Positions 10,647 through 20,009 of a stretch of 64,000 nucleotides of DNA are shown piece by piece. Location of the stretch: assembly GCA_014360055.1 (NCBI GenBank), contig JACIYH010000002.1, positions 38,673 to 102,672 on the forward strand. Reading direction: 5' to 3'. Numbering within the stretch: position 1 is the first letter of the stretch; every line of letters starts with the position of its first letter. The position numbers and the translations under genes are program-made. The notes under the pieces are model-generated. The model saw only the letters and a list, made by a program, of their open reading frames with translations. It made no database searches and was not told the origin of the DNA. The stretch is from Bacillota bacterium. Its GTDB lineage: Bacteria; Bacillota; Sulfobacillia; JACIYH01.

Positions 10647-12018
10647 CGGTCCGGGTGGCTACGTGGCCGCCATCCGGGCGGCACAGAAGGGCGCCCGCGT
10701 GGCCGTGGTGGAGCGGCGCGAGGTGGGGGGCACCTGCCTCAACCGCGGCTGCATCCCCACCAAGGCCCTGGTGAGGTCAGCCGAGGTGCTCCAGCTGGTG
10801 CGGCGGGCTGCCGAGTTCGGGGTGAAGGTCTCCGCTCCCGAGATCGACCTTGGCCGCGTCAAGGAACGCCGTTCCCAGGTGGTCAAGCAACTGGTGGACG
10901 GCGTGGAGCGGCTCTTCTCCTCCTGGGGGGTGACCCTTATCAGGGGGACGGCCCGCCTGAGCAGCCCCGGGGTGGTGGAGGTGGACCTGCCGGGGGGCGG
11001 TACGGAGGTCCTGTCGGGCCGGCAGGTGATCATCGCCACCGGTTCGGCGCCGGAACAGCCGCCCGTGCCGCCGGAGGACCTCCGCCTCTGCATGTCTTCC
11101 GACGATGCCCTCGACCCCGACCACGTCCCCGAAAGCATGGTGATCATCGGCGGCGGGGTGCTGGGGGTGGAGTTCGCCTGCCTCTACCGGGCTCTGGGAT
11201 GCAAGGTGGACATGGTGAAGCGCTCGCCCCTCATCCTACCGCCCGTGGACGAGGAACTGTCCCGCCGCATGATGGCCATCCTGCGCCGGCAGGGGATCAC
11301 CGTACACACGGGTATTTACGTGCAGCGGATCCTGGAGCACGACGGCGGGCGCCGGCTGATGGCCAAAGACAAGGAAGGGCGGGAGGTGCACTTCGACGCC
11401 GAGTGCGTCCTGGTGGCCATGGGCAGGGTGCCCGACTTCGGCGGCCTGGACCTGGATGCCCTGGGGGTGAAGTACGACCGCAAGGGCATCAAGGTGGGCG
11501 CGGACATGGCCACGGGCGTGCCGGGCGTCTGGGCCATCGGAGACGTGGTGGGACGCACCTTCCTGGCCTCGGTGGCCTCGGCGGAAGGCCTGGTGGCGGT
11601 GGACAGCATCCTGGGCGAAAGACGCGAGATGGACTACCGCAGCGCCCCCTACTGCGTCTTCTCCCTGCCCGAGATCGCGGGGGTGGGTCTCACGGAAAAG
11701 GCGGCCCGCGAGGCGGGACATCGCGTGAAGGTGGCGCGCTTCCCCTATTCGGCCAACGGGCGCGCCCAGGCCCTGGGCGAAACCGAGGGACTGGTGAAGA
11801 TGGTGGTCGAAGAGGACACCGGGAAAGTGCTGGGCCTGCACATCCTGGGGTACGGTGCGGACCTGCTCGTCCATGAAGGCGCGGTGGCCATCAAGATGGG
11901 GGCCACGGCCCGAGAGGTGGCGGAAATCGCCCACGCCCACCCCACCCTGGCGGAGACCGTGATGGAAGCTGCCGAGGGGGCGGCCGGGCAGTCCATCCAC
12001 CTGGTCAGGCTGCGCTGA
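10612..12018 (+). CDS. lpdA: dihydrolipoyl dehydrogenase (E3 / GCV L-protein)
   Basis: [65 protein letters not shown]; overlaps the lipM 3' end by 35 nt; in-frame part of ORF 10126..12018. Confidence 0.92.
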   Translation: [468 protein letters not shown]

Positions 12019-12142
12019 CCCCCTATGGGGGGAACCCCCCACCGGGCGCCGGCTGGCCCAGGCGGAGGCACCGTAAGGTACCGCTGCCGGCCCCCGCACG
12101 GGGCCGGGTCACCTCAGCGGAGAAAGCTGGGAGGAGGGAGCC

Positions 12143-13213
12143 TTGACGCGTCTTGAGGCGCTGAGGCGGAGCATGGCCGGGGAAGGGGTGGAGTACTTCC
12201 TGGTCACGGGGGCGGCCAACCGCCGCTACCTCTCCGGTTTCACGGGGTCCTCGGGAGTGCTGCTCATTTCCCCCGCGCGTTGCTGGCTGGTTACTGACTT
12301 CCGCTACTACGAGCAGGCCCGCCAGCAGGCCCCGGACTGGGAACTATATCCCCAGAAGGGGAAGCTGAGCGAGGCGCTGGGCGAACTGTTCCGCGAGCAG
12401 GGGATCTGCCGGCTGGGGTTCGAAAAGGACCACATGACGTACGCCCAGTACGAGACCTTAGCCCAACTGGGCCCGGAACTGGTGGGATACAGCGGGCTGG
12501 TGGAGAAGCTCCGCATGACCAAGGACGAGGGGGAGCTCGGCGCCATCAGGCGCGCGGCCGCCCTGGCCGACGAGGCCTTCGCCCACATCCTAACCGTGAT
12601 CCGGCCGGGGGTGCGGGAGGAGGAGGTGGCCCTGGAACTGGAGTATCATATGCGGAGGGCAGGCGCCAGCGCGGCAGCCTTCGACATCATCGTCGCCTCC
12701 GGTCCCCGTTCCGCCCTCCCCCACGGCCGGGCTTCTCCCCGGCGCATCGAGCCCGGTGACTTCGTTACCATGGACCTGGGCTGCGTGGTAGACGGGTATT
12801 GCTCCGACCTCACCCGCACCGTGGTGGTGGGCAGCGCAAATGATGAGCAGAGGAAGGTCTACGACCTGGTGGCCCGGGCCCAGGAGGCCGGCCTGGCCGC
12901 CCTGCGCGCGGGCCGGCGGGGGTCGGAGGTGGACGCGGAGGCCCGGCAGGTGATCGCAGAGGCGGGCCACGCCGACCACTTCGGCCACGGCCTGGGTCAC
13001 GGGGTGGGCCTGGAGGTGCACGAGGCGCCCCGCCTTTCGCCCCAGGCCGCGGGACCGGACGAGCCCGTCCTGGAACCGGGCATGGTCGTCACCGTGGAGC
13101 CGGGGGTATACATACCTGACTGGGGGGGAGTCCGGATCGAAGACCTGGTGGTGGTGCGGGAAGACGGTTGCGAGATCCTTTCCCGGGCGGATAAGCGGCT
13201 CATAGAGCTGTGA
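12143..13213 (+). CDS. Xaa-Pro aminopeptidase/dipeptidase, M24 family (YqhT-like)
   Basis: 356 aa; [13 protein letters not shown] motif; TTG start after GGAGGAGGGAG. Confidence 0.88.
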   Translation: MTRLEALRRSMAGEGVEYFLVTGAANRRYLSGFTGSSGVLLISPARCWLVTDFRYYEQARQQAPDWELYPQKGKLSEALGELFREQGICRLGFEKDHMTYAQYETLAQLGPELVGYSGLVEKLRMTKDEGELGAIRRAAALADEAFAHILTVIRPGVREEEVALELEYHMRRAGASAAAFDIIVASGPRSALPHGRASPRRIEPGDFVTMDLGCVVDGYCSDLTRTVVVGSANDEQRKVYDLVARAQEAGLAALRAGRRGSEVDAEARQVIAEAGHADHFGHGLGHGVGLEVHEAPRLSPQAAGPDEPVLEPGMVVTVEPGVYIPDWGGVRIEDLVVVREDGCEILSRADKRLIEL

Positions 13214-13240
13214 CGGCCGGGTAGCGGGGGGTAATGGAGG

Positions 13241-13798
13241 GTGATTTCGACCAACGACTTCAGGCCCGGGATCACGGTAGAGGTGGACGGGGAAATCTGG
13301 ATGGTGGTGGAGGCCCAGCACGTCAAACCGGGCAAGGGATCGGCCTTCGTGAGGACCCGGCTCAAGAACGTAAAGACCGGTGCGGTGCTCGATCGCACCT
13401 TTCCCGCCGGTGAGCGTTTCCCCCAGGCCCACGTGGAGCGGCGGGAGATGCAGTACCTGTACAGTCTGGGTGATCAGTATTTCTTCATGGACACGGGGAC
13501 CTACGATCAGATCCAGCTGGACAGGGGCCAGCTGGGCGACGCCACCCTGTACATGAAGGAGAACTGTATCGTCTACGTGCTCATGCATGAGGGTACCCCC
13601 ATCGGGGTGGATCTGCCCAATTTCGTGGAACTGGAAGTGGTGGAGACGGAGCCCGGCGTCAAAGGTGATACTGCCACCGGAGGCACCAAGCCCGCCCGGC
13701 TGGAGACGGGGGCGGTGGTGAAAGTCCCCCTCTTTGTCGAGGCGGGGGACGTGATCCGCGTGGACACGCGCACCCATCAGTACCTCGAGCGCGTGTGA
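13241..13798 (+). CDS. efp: translation elongation factor P
   Basis: [47 protein letters not shown]...; GTG start with RBS AATGGAGG. Confidence 0.95.
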   Translation: MISTNDFRPGITVEVDGEIWMVVEAQHVKPGKGSAFVRTRLKNVKTGAVLDRTFPAGERFPQAHVERREMQYLYSLGDQYFFMDTGTYDQIQLDRGQLGDATLYMKENCIVYVLMHEGTPIGVDLPNFVELEVVETEPGVKGDTATGGTKPARLETGAVVKVPLFVEAGDVIRVDTRTHQYLERV

Positions 13799-13884
13799 CG
13801 GGGCTGCGCGGTCTCCCGTGCCGGCGGAGCCCGGCTGGTACAGGGTTGCGGGCCCGTTGAGGCCCGCGGAAGGAGGTGGGCCAG

Positions 13885-14274
13885 GTGGGCGACCTGAGTT
13901 CCCGGGTGGCTTACCTGAAGGGACTGGCAGAGGGGTTGAACCTGGAAGCCGAATCCAAGGAGGGCCGGCTGCTCAAGGCCATCCTGGACGTCCTGGGGGA
14001 GTTCGCCGAGGAAGTGGAAAGCCTGCGCGGCCGCGTCGACGAGCAGGAAGAGTACCTGGAAGACCTGGACGAGGACGTGGCCGAACTCGAGCAGCGCGTG
14101 CTGGAGACCGAAGAGGAAGAAGGGTTTGTGGAGGTGCAGTGCCCCCACTGCGGTGAGACGGTGTCCTTGGCGGAAGAGGAGTTCAGCGAGGAAGGTTCCA
14201 TGCAGCTGCGCTGCCCCAACTGCGGGGAACTCATCTACCGCGACGAGGAAGGGGAGGAAGAAGAGGGCGTATAG
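13885..14274 (+). CDS. acidic zinc-ribbon protein (CPHCGE...CPNCGE), hypothetical
   Basis: Two CxxC pairs; very acidic; GAAGGAGG RBS before GTG 13885; position corresponds to B. subtilis yqhV between efp and spoIIIAA. Confidence 0.6.
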   Translation: MGDLSSRVAYLKGLAEGLNLEAESKEGRLLKAILDVLGEFAEEVESLRGRVDEQEEYLEDLDEDVAELEQRVLETEEEEGFVEVQCPHCGETVSLAEEEFSEEGSMQLRCPNCGELIYRDEEGEEEEGV

Positions 14275-14528
14275 AACCCCCACGGGTGGGAAAGTATAAC
14301 AGCGAGCCCCGCAAGAGCCCCGGAACTTCTCGGGCCCCCCAAGGAAGCTCCCGGGCGGCGGGGCTCTCCGTTTTCGGGCGAGATTGAGATCCACCCCGCC
14401 GCGCCCCGGCTACCCGGCCCGGTCCCGGCTACGCCGGCCCGGCCGACCTTGGGGCGCCCGGTATTGGCTGGGTGTGCAGGAATATAGTGGACAAGGGGGG
14501 GTCATTGCTGGCGAGGGAGCCCGGCCAG

Positions 14529-15584
14529 GTGTGGGGAGACACGTCCGCCCGGCGGGGCTGGCGCGATGACCTGTTGCCACTTCTGGCCGAACCGGTGCGG
14601 GCCGCCCTGCGGTGTCTGGGGGAGGAAACGGCTGGCGGCCTTGAGGAGATCAGGCTGCGCGTGGGGCGTCCCCTGGCGGTGGGGGGCCGGGAGCAGGAGT
14701 ACTTCCTCACCCGGGATGGCCGGCCCACCCTGCGGCCGCAGGAGGCCTACCGGGTGACGCGGGCGGACCTGGAGGCCACCCTGCAACTCCTTTCACGGGG
14801 TTCCCTCTATGCCGTGGAGGAGCAGCTTCGCCAGGGCTACGTGACCGTGGCAGGCGGCCACCGGGTGGGGTTCTGCGGCCGGGCCGTGCTGGAGAACGGC
14901 CGCGTGACGGGCCTGGTTGACATATCGTCACTGAACTTCCGCATATGTCGGGAGGTGCCGGGTGCGGCTGACCCCATCATGCCCTACCTGGTCTCGGAAG
15001 GCCGGGTGCTGGGTGCCCTCATCCTGTCGCCGCCCCTGGCGGGGAAGACCACGGTCCTGCGCGATGCCGTGCGCCAGCTCTCCGACGGGGTACCGCGCCT
15101 GGGCCTGGCGGGGGTGAGGGTGTGCCTGGTGGACGAACGCTCCGAACTGGCGGGGTGCTGGAACGGGGAACCGCAGCGATACGTCGGTCTGCGCACCGAC
15201 GTCCTGGACGGGGTGCCCAAGGCCGCCGGCCTCATGATGGCGGTACGCGCCATGTCTCCCCAGGTCCTCGCTACGGACGAACTCGGGGGTGCGACTGACG
15301 CCGCGGCGGTCGAGGAGGCACTGTACGCAGGCGTGGCCGTGCTGGCCACCGCCCACGCGGCGTCCCTGGCGGAGGCCAGGTCGCGCCCCCACCTGGGGGA
15401 ACTGATCGCACGGGCGGCGTTCCCCCGCATCATCCTGCTCAGCCGGCGGCTGGGACCGGGCACCACGGAAGCGGTGTGGTCGGGCCGGGGGGAAAGTCTC
15501 CTCTCCAGGCCGCTGCCACCCGGACCGGCAACCCCGGGCGCCCGGCGTCCTCCAGGGCATATCCCCCCGGCACCGGCAATATGA
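14529..15584 (+). CDS. spoIIIAA: stage III sporulation protein AA (secretion-type ATPase)
   Basis: LEEIRLRVGRPLAV..., Walker A PPLAGKTT; start set to GTG 14529 (RBS GAGGGAG) by alignment to B. subtilis SpoIIIAA; the ORF extends upstream to 14472; Pro-rich C-terminal tail. Confidence 0.85.
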   Translation: MWGDTSARRGWRDDLLPLLAEPVRAALRCLGEETAGGLEEIRLRVGRPLAVGGREQEYFLTRDGRPTLRPQEAYRVTRADLEATLQLLSRGSLYAVEEQLRQGYVTVAGGHRVGFCGRAVLENGRVTGLVDISSLNFRICREVPGAADPIMPYLVSEGRVLGALILSPPLAGKTTVLRDAVRQLSDGVPRLGLAGVRVCLVDERSELAGCWNGEPQRYVGLRTDVLDGVPKAAGLMMAVRAMSPQVLATDELGGATDAAAVEEALYAGVAVLATAHAASLAEARSRPHLGELIARAAFPRIILLSRRLGPGTTEAVWSGRGESLLSRPLPPGPATPGARRPPGHIPPAPAI

Positions 15585-15603
15585 TGCAGCCAGGAGGGAC
15601 AAG

Positions 15604-16119
15604 GTGCCCGTTAAGCTGGTGGGAGCGGTGCTGGTCCTGGTGGCCGGGGCCGGTCTGGGCTGGGAGATGGCAGGTCGCCTGGCGTGCAGGGTGAGGCAAC
15701 TGCGCTCTCTCGGGGTCTGCCTGCGGGTGCTGGAGAAAGAGGTGGCGGTGGGTGCCGTCCCCCTCCCCGTCGCCCTGGAACGGTCCGCCCGGGTTGCCGA
15801 GCCCGCGGTGGCACGCCTGCTGGGGGAGGCCGCCGCCCTCCTCACCGACGGGAGCGGTCGGACGGCCCAGGAGGCCTGGGAGGAGGCCGTGCGGCGGGCC
15901 CCTCTCTGCCTGCTACCAGGGGACCTGGAGGTACTGCGCGGGCTGGGGGTCACCCTGGGCTCGAGCGGGCGCGCCGACCAGGTGAAGCACATCTCCCTGG
16001 CCCGGGAACAGTTGGCCGCACGGGAGCAGGTGGCGCGGGACGAAGAGCAGCGGCAGGGCCGGCTGTATCGCTACCTCGGTGTCCTCGTGTCCATGGCCCT
16101 GCTCCTCCTGCTCTGGTGA
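15604..16119 (+). CDS. spoIIIAB: stage III sporulation protein AB
   Basis: 171 aa; position and family match. Confidence 0.85.
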   Translation: MPVKLVGAVLVLVAGAGLGWEMAGRLACRVRQLRSLGVCLRVLEKEVAVGAVPLPVALERSARVAEPAVARLLGEAAALLTDGSGRTAQEAWEEAVRRAPLCLLPGDLEVLRGLGVTLGSSGRADQVKHISLAREQLAAREQVARDEEQRQGRLYRYLGVLVSMALLLLLW

Positions 16120-16137
16120 GGGACGGGAGGCAGGAAG

Positions 16138-16332
16138 GTGAACGTAGAGCTGATCTTCAAGATAGCCGGGGTGGGCATCCTGGTCTCGGTCCTCTACACC
16201 GTCCTCAAGCAGGCGGGGAAGGAGGAGCAGGGGCAACTGGTGGCCCTGGCCGGTGTGGTGATCGTCCTCATGATGGTAATCCAGCTGGTGGTGCGCCTCT
16301 TTGAGACCGTCCGCACCATGTTCCGCCTGTAG
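16138..16332 (+). CDS. spoIIIAC: stage III sporulation protein AC
   Basis: 64 aa two-helix membrane protein MNVELIFKIAGVGILVSVLYTVLKQAGKEEQG... Confidence 0.9.
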   Translation: MNVELIFKIAGVGILVSVLYTVLKQAGKEEQGQLVALAGVVIVLMMVIQLVVRLFETVRTMFRL

Positions 16333-16344
16333 TGGGGGTTCGCC

Positions 16345-16743
16345 GTGGAAGTGCTCCAGGTGGTGGGATTCGCGCTGGTGGTCACCGTAATCCTGGTCGT
16401 ATTGCGCCACCAGCGACCCGATATGGCGGTGATGCTATCCCTGGCGGCGGCCGCCGTCATCCTATTCTTCCTGGTAGAGCGGATCTGGCAGGCTATCGAC
16501 CTCCTACAGGACCTGGCCAGCCGTGCCGGCGTCAGGGACAGCTACGTTCAGATCCTGCTGAGGGTGATGGCGATCGCCTACCTGGCGGAACTGGGGAGCC
16601 AGGTGTGCCGCGACGCCGGCGAGGGGGCCATGGCCACCAAGGTGGAGATGGCGGGCAAGCTCCTCATCCTCATCCTGGCCATACCCATCGTGCGGGCGCT
16701 GGCGGACGCCATCCTGGCCGCCATCCCCCTGGCCACCCGGTGA
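16345..16743 (+). CDS. spoIIIAD: stage III sporulation protein AD
   Basis: 132 aa membrane protein; family match. Confidence 0.88.
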   Translation: MEVLQVVGFALVVTVILVVLRHQRPDMAVMLSLAAAAVILFFLVERIWQAIDLLQDLASRAGVRDSYVQILLRVMAIAYLAELGSQVCRDAGEGAMATKVEMAGKLLILILAIPIVRALADAILAAIPLATR

Positions 16744-16760
16744 GGGGAGGACGCGGGGCG

Positions 16761-17987
16761 GTGAACAGGGCAAACCGGGCGGGGTCCACGGGTACGGCGA
16801 AGGCGCCGGCAAAACGCGGCTGGCCGCGGCCGGCGCTGGCCCTTGTGCTGCCGGCGGTGCTCGTCTTCGCGCTGTGCCCCCCGGGGCCCGTGCGCGCCCA
16901 GGATGGCGATCCCCTGCGGGGTGTGGAGGAGCAGTGGGAGGCGGCCCGTACCCCGCAACTGGAGGACCTCCTGCGCCAGATCGAGCAGGAGATGGGGCGT
17001 CCGGGGGCCCTGGATGTGCCCGCCGTAGTCTCCCGGCTGCGGGAAGGGGGTCTCATGGTGGACCTGCCCGCCCTGGGGCAACATCTGGCCCGGGTGCTGT
17101 GGGGGGAGGTTCCCGCCACCGTCTCCCTGCTGGGCAGGCTGGTTCTGCTCGCCCTGGTGGCCGGGCTGCTCGTCCAGCTGGGGGAAGCCTGTGGCGGAGG
17201 GCACGTGGCGAGGGCGGCATACCTGGTGGTGTTCCTGGGATTCATGGCACTGGCTGTATCCAGCTTCGTGGGGGCTTTCGCGGTGGCGCGGGCGGTGGTC
17301 AACAGGCTGGTTTCCCTCATGGTCGCCCTCATCCCCCCCTTCCTCGCCCTCACCGTGGCGGGCGGCACTCCGGCCAGCGCGGGTCTCCTGCACCCCGCCC
17401 TCATGCTGGTGGTGAACGGGGCGGGCATCCTGGGGGCCGTGGTAGCCATGCCCATGCTGTTCGGTTCCGCCCTCATCGAGCTGGTGGACGGGCTGGGGGA
17501 GCGGCGCCGCCTGGAAGGCGTGAGCAGCCTGCTCCGTCAGGCCAGCGTTTGGTCGGTGGGGCTGGGCATGGCTGCCTTCCTGGGTGTGGCCGTGGTCCAG
17601 AACGCGGCCGGCCGGGCCCTGGACGGGGTACTGGTGCGCACTACCAAATTCCTCTCGGGGACCTTCGTGCCCGTGGTGGGCAAGATGTTCTCCGATGCCA
17701 CCGAGGTGGTGTTCGCCTCCACCCGGCTGGTCAAGGCCGGTCTGGGCCTGAGCGGGGTAGTGGCGGTGCTGGCGGTGGTGACCCTGCCCCTGGTGAAGAT
17801 CGTGCTCCTGGTGCTGTGTTTCCGGTTGGCCGGTGCCCTGGTGGCCGCCCTGGATGCCGGACAACTGGCCGGTTGCCTGCGGGGTATCGCGGCGGCGCTG
17901 GGGTGGCTGGGTGTCATAGTGGGGATGGTGGCCCTTTCTTTCCTGGTGTGTATTGCCATCCTGGTGGGGGCGGCGCGCCCCGCCTGA
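16761..17987 (+). CDS. spoIIIAE: stage III sporulation protein AE
   Basis: GTG 16761 after GAGGGGAGGACG; signal sequence plus polytopic membrane protein, 408 aa; in-frame part of ORF 16332..17987. Confidence 0.88.
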   Translation: MNRANRAGSTGTAKAPAKRGWPRPALALVLPAVLVFALCPPGPVRAQDGDPLRGVEEQWEAARTPQLEDLLRQIEQEMGRPGALDVPAVVSRLREGGLMVDLPALGQHLARVLWGEVPATVSLLGRLVLLALVAGLLVQLGEACGGGHVARAAYLVVFLGFMALAVSSFVGAFAVARAVVNRLVSLMVALIPPFLALTVAGGTPASAGLLHPALMLVVNGAGILGAVVAMPMLFGSALIELVDGLGERRRLEGVSSLLRQASVWSVGLGMAAFLGVAVVQNAAGRALDGVLVRTTKFLSGTFVPVVGKMFSDATEVVFASTRLVKAGLGLSGVVAVLAVVTLPLVKIVLLVLCFRLAGALVAALDAGQLAGCLRGIAAALGWLGVIVGMVALSFLVCIAILVGAARPA

Positions 17988-18109
17988 GCCCGGGCGGCTG
18001 GTTGCCCCCCGAAGGCGCATTACCGCGACGTTTCGCAGCAGGCATCGAGAGAAGTGCTGCCGGGCGGGCAGGCGGGTGCGACCCTGACTCAGTGCGGAGG
18101 GGAGAGACG

Positions 18110-18706
18110 GTGACGGCCGTTTGGGCCTGGGTGCGAAGCATCGTCCTGGTCCTCCTGGTGATCCTGGGGGTGGAACTGCTCCTGCCCCGTTCGGCCTTCC
18201 GGCAGTATCTCCGGCTGGTAACCGGCATGATCCTGGTACTTGTGGTGATGGAACCCGTGCTCGCCTGGCTCGGGGGCAGCGCACCTCCGGGGATCGCCGG
18301 GCGGGTCACCTCCGACGTGCTGGGCGGAGGGGGCTCTCCCGTGCCCGCGCCGGGCGGGATCCTGCCCCGAGGGGGCACGGCCCCGTCCTCCCGCCCCTGG
18401 GAGGGGTACCGGGACGGCAGGCTGGCTGGCCGGGTGCAGGCCGCGGTCGAGGGGCAGGTCAGGGAAGCCTTCCGGGAACGCCTGGCCGACGCGGTGAGGA
18501 CGGTGGTCCTGGAGTCGGGGAAGGTGGCGGCTGCCCGGGCGGAGGTGACCCTGGAAGAGGGCGGGCTCGGGATCGCCCGCGTCCGGGTGCTGGTGCGGCC
18601 CCGGTCAGGACAGGGGATAGCCTCTGCCGAGCGTGAGAGTTTGCGGGACCTGGTGGCCTCCTACCTGGGTATATCCCGCCAGTTGGTGACGGTCGGGGAG
18701 GGATAA
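18110..18706 (+). CDS. spoIIIAF: stage III sporulation protein AF
   Basis: GTG 18110 after GGAGGGGAGAG; VTAVWAWVRSIVLVLLVILGVELLLPRSAFRQYL...; 3' portion of long ORF 16874..18706. Confidence 0.85.
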   Translation: MTAVWAWVRSIVLVLLVILGVELLLPRSAFRQYLRLVTGMILVLVVMEPVLAWLGGSAPPGIAGRVTSDVLGGGGSPVPAPGGILPRGGTAPSSRPWEGYRDGRLAGRVQAAVEGQVREAFRERLADAVRTVVLESGKVAAARAEVTLEEGGLGIARVRVLVRPRSGQGIASAERESLRDLVASYLGISRQLVTVGEG

Positions 18707-18708
18707 CC

Positions 18709-19287
18709 TTGCAGACGGGCAATGGCTCTCCGTTCTGGAAGCTGTGGGGGCAGGGCCCGCGGCCCAGCCCGTGGTTGCTGCTGGCCGGCGTGGTGGGAGT
18801 CATCCTCATCTTGGCCGGTTCATGGTTGGGTCAGCGCCAGCCGGAACCGCCCCGGCCGGTCCGGCAGGAAACGGAGGTGATGGCCCCCGCCCCGGCAGGC
18901 GCCGGGCTGACGCCGCGTGACCTGGAGGGAGTGCTTTCGCTGGTCGCGGGGGCGGGTGAGGTGACGGTGAGCATCACCTATCGCTCGGGGCCGCGTCAGG
19001 AGGTGGTGCAGGATGTGTCCCGCACCACCCGCCGCACGGAGGAGAAGGAAGCGGGGGGCACGGTACGGGTTACGGAGGAAGAACAGGAATCCGTGCAGGC
19101 GGTGATGGCCCGCCCGGGGGGTCAGGATGAACCGGTCGTCTCCAGGGAGCAGGCCCCCGAGATCGCCGGTGTGCTGGTGGTGGCCAGCGGGGCCCGCGAT
19201 CCCGCAGTGCGGGAAATGTTGAGCCGGGCCGTACAGACCCTGCTAGGCCTCCCCGCCCACCGGGTGCAGGTGGTACCCGCCCGCTAG
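18709..19287 (+). CDS. spoIIIAG: stage III sporulation protein AG
   Basis: 192 aa; N-terminal TM; conserved C-terminal ...AGVLVVASGARDPAVREMLSRAVQTLLGLPAHRVQVVP. Confidence 0.88.
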   Translation: MQTGNGSPFWKLWGQGPRPSPWLLLAGVVGVILILAGSWLGQRQPEPPRPVRQETEVMAPAPAGAGLTPRDLEGVLSLVAGAGEVTVSITYRSGPRQEVVQDVSRTTRRTEEKEAGGTVRVTEEEQESVQAVMARPGGQDEPVVSREQAPEIAGVLVVASGARDPAVREMLSRAVQTLLGLPAHRVQVVPAR

Positions 19288-19305
19288 GGAAGGGAGTTGG
19301 TAGGC

Positions 19306-19875
19306 ATGCTCACGCGCACGGTGACCTTCCGTACGGTGGGAAGGCGGGAACTGGTGAGGTTCCTGATCCTGCTGGTGGTGCTGGGGCTGCTGGCCCTGGG
19401 AGCGCTGTACCTGCGCAGTCATGGTTACGGCCCCCGCCTGGGAGCGACCCAGGTACCCGGTGGCGCCCCGCCCCCCCCGGAAGAGGGTGAGAGCCGCGAG
19501 GTCATGGCCCAGTTGGTACCCGGGAACTCTCTGGCCGACGCCCGTATGGAGAGGGAACGGGTGCGTGCCCAGCAGATCGAACTCCTCGAGAGGATGATCT
19601 CTGCCCATGACACCGCGCCGGAGATGAAGGCCAGGGCGCAGGAGCAGATGCTGGCCATCATCGCCGCCATGGGCAAGGAAGCCGAGATCGAGGGGATCCT
19701 GAGGTCCAAGGGTTACCGCGACGCCCTGGCCTACGTGCGGGACGGCGCGGTAACCGTGGTGGTACCCGACCCCCTGCAGGGCCCCGACGCGACCCGTATC
19801 GCTGACGCCGTGTGCCGGGTGACGGGGTGCCGCCCCGAGCAGGTGGCCATCGTGGCGCCGGTGGCCGGGCGCTAG
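19306..19875 (+). CDS. spoIIIAH: stage III sporulation protein AH
   Basis: ATG 19306 with RBS GGGAAGGGAG; TM segment plus YscJ-like C-terminal domain. Confidence 0.85.
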   Translation: MLTRTVTFRTVGRRELVRFLILLVVLGLLALGALYLRSHGYGPRLGATQVPGGAPPPPEEGESREVMAQLVPGNSLADARMERERVRAQQIELLERMISAHDTAPEMKARAQEQMLAIIAAMGKEAEIEGILRSKGYRDALAYVRDGAVTVVVPDPLQGPDATRIADAVCRVTGCRPEQVAIVAPVAGR

Positions 19876-20009
19876 TACGGGCGCATTACGGGCGCGGGTA
19901 CGGGCGCGGGGGCGCGCTAGTACCGGCCGGCCTCGCCTGGTGACAAGGAGTGGATGGGGTCCCTGGAGAAGGAACCCGCACATCCACCACCCGAGAGCGA
20001 GGTCAGACC

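Noticed and set aside
16874-18109. N-terminal 412 codons of the long ORF 16874..18706
   Set aside because: Only the last 198 codons (from GTG 18110, which has an RBS) match SpoIIIAF. The upstream part overlaps spoIIIAE in another frame and is Gly/Arg-rich.
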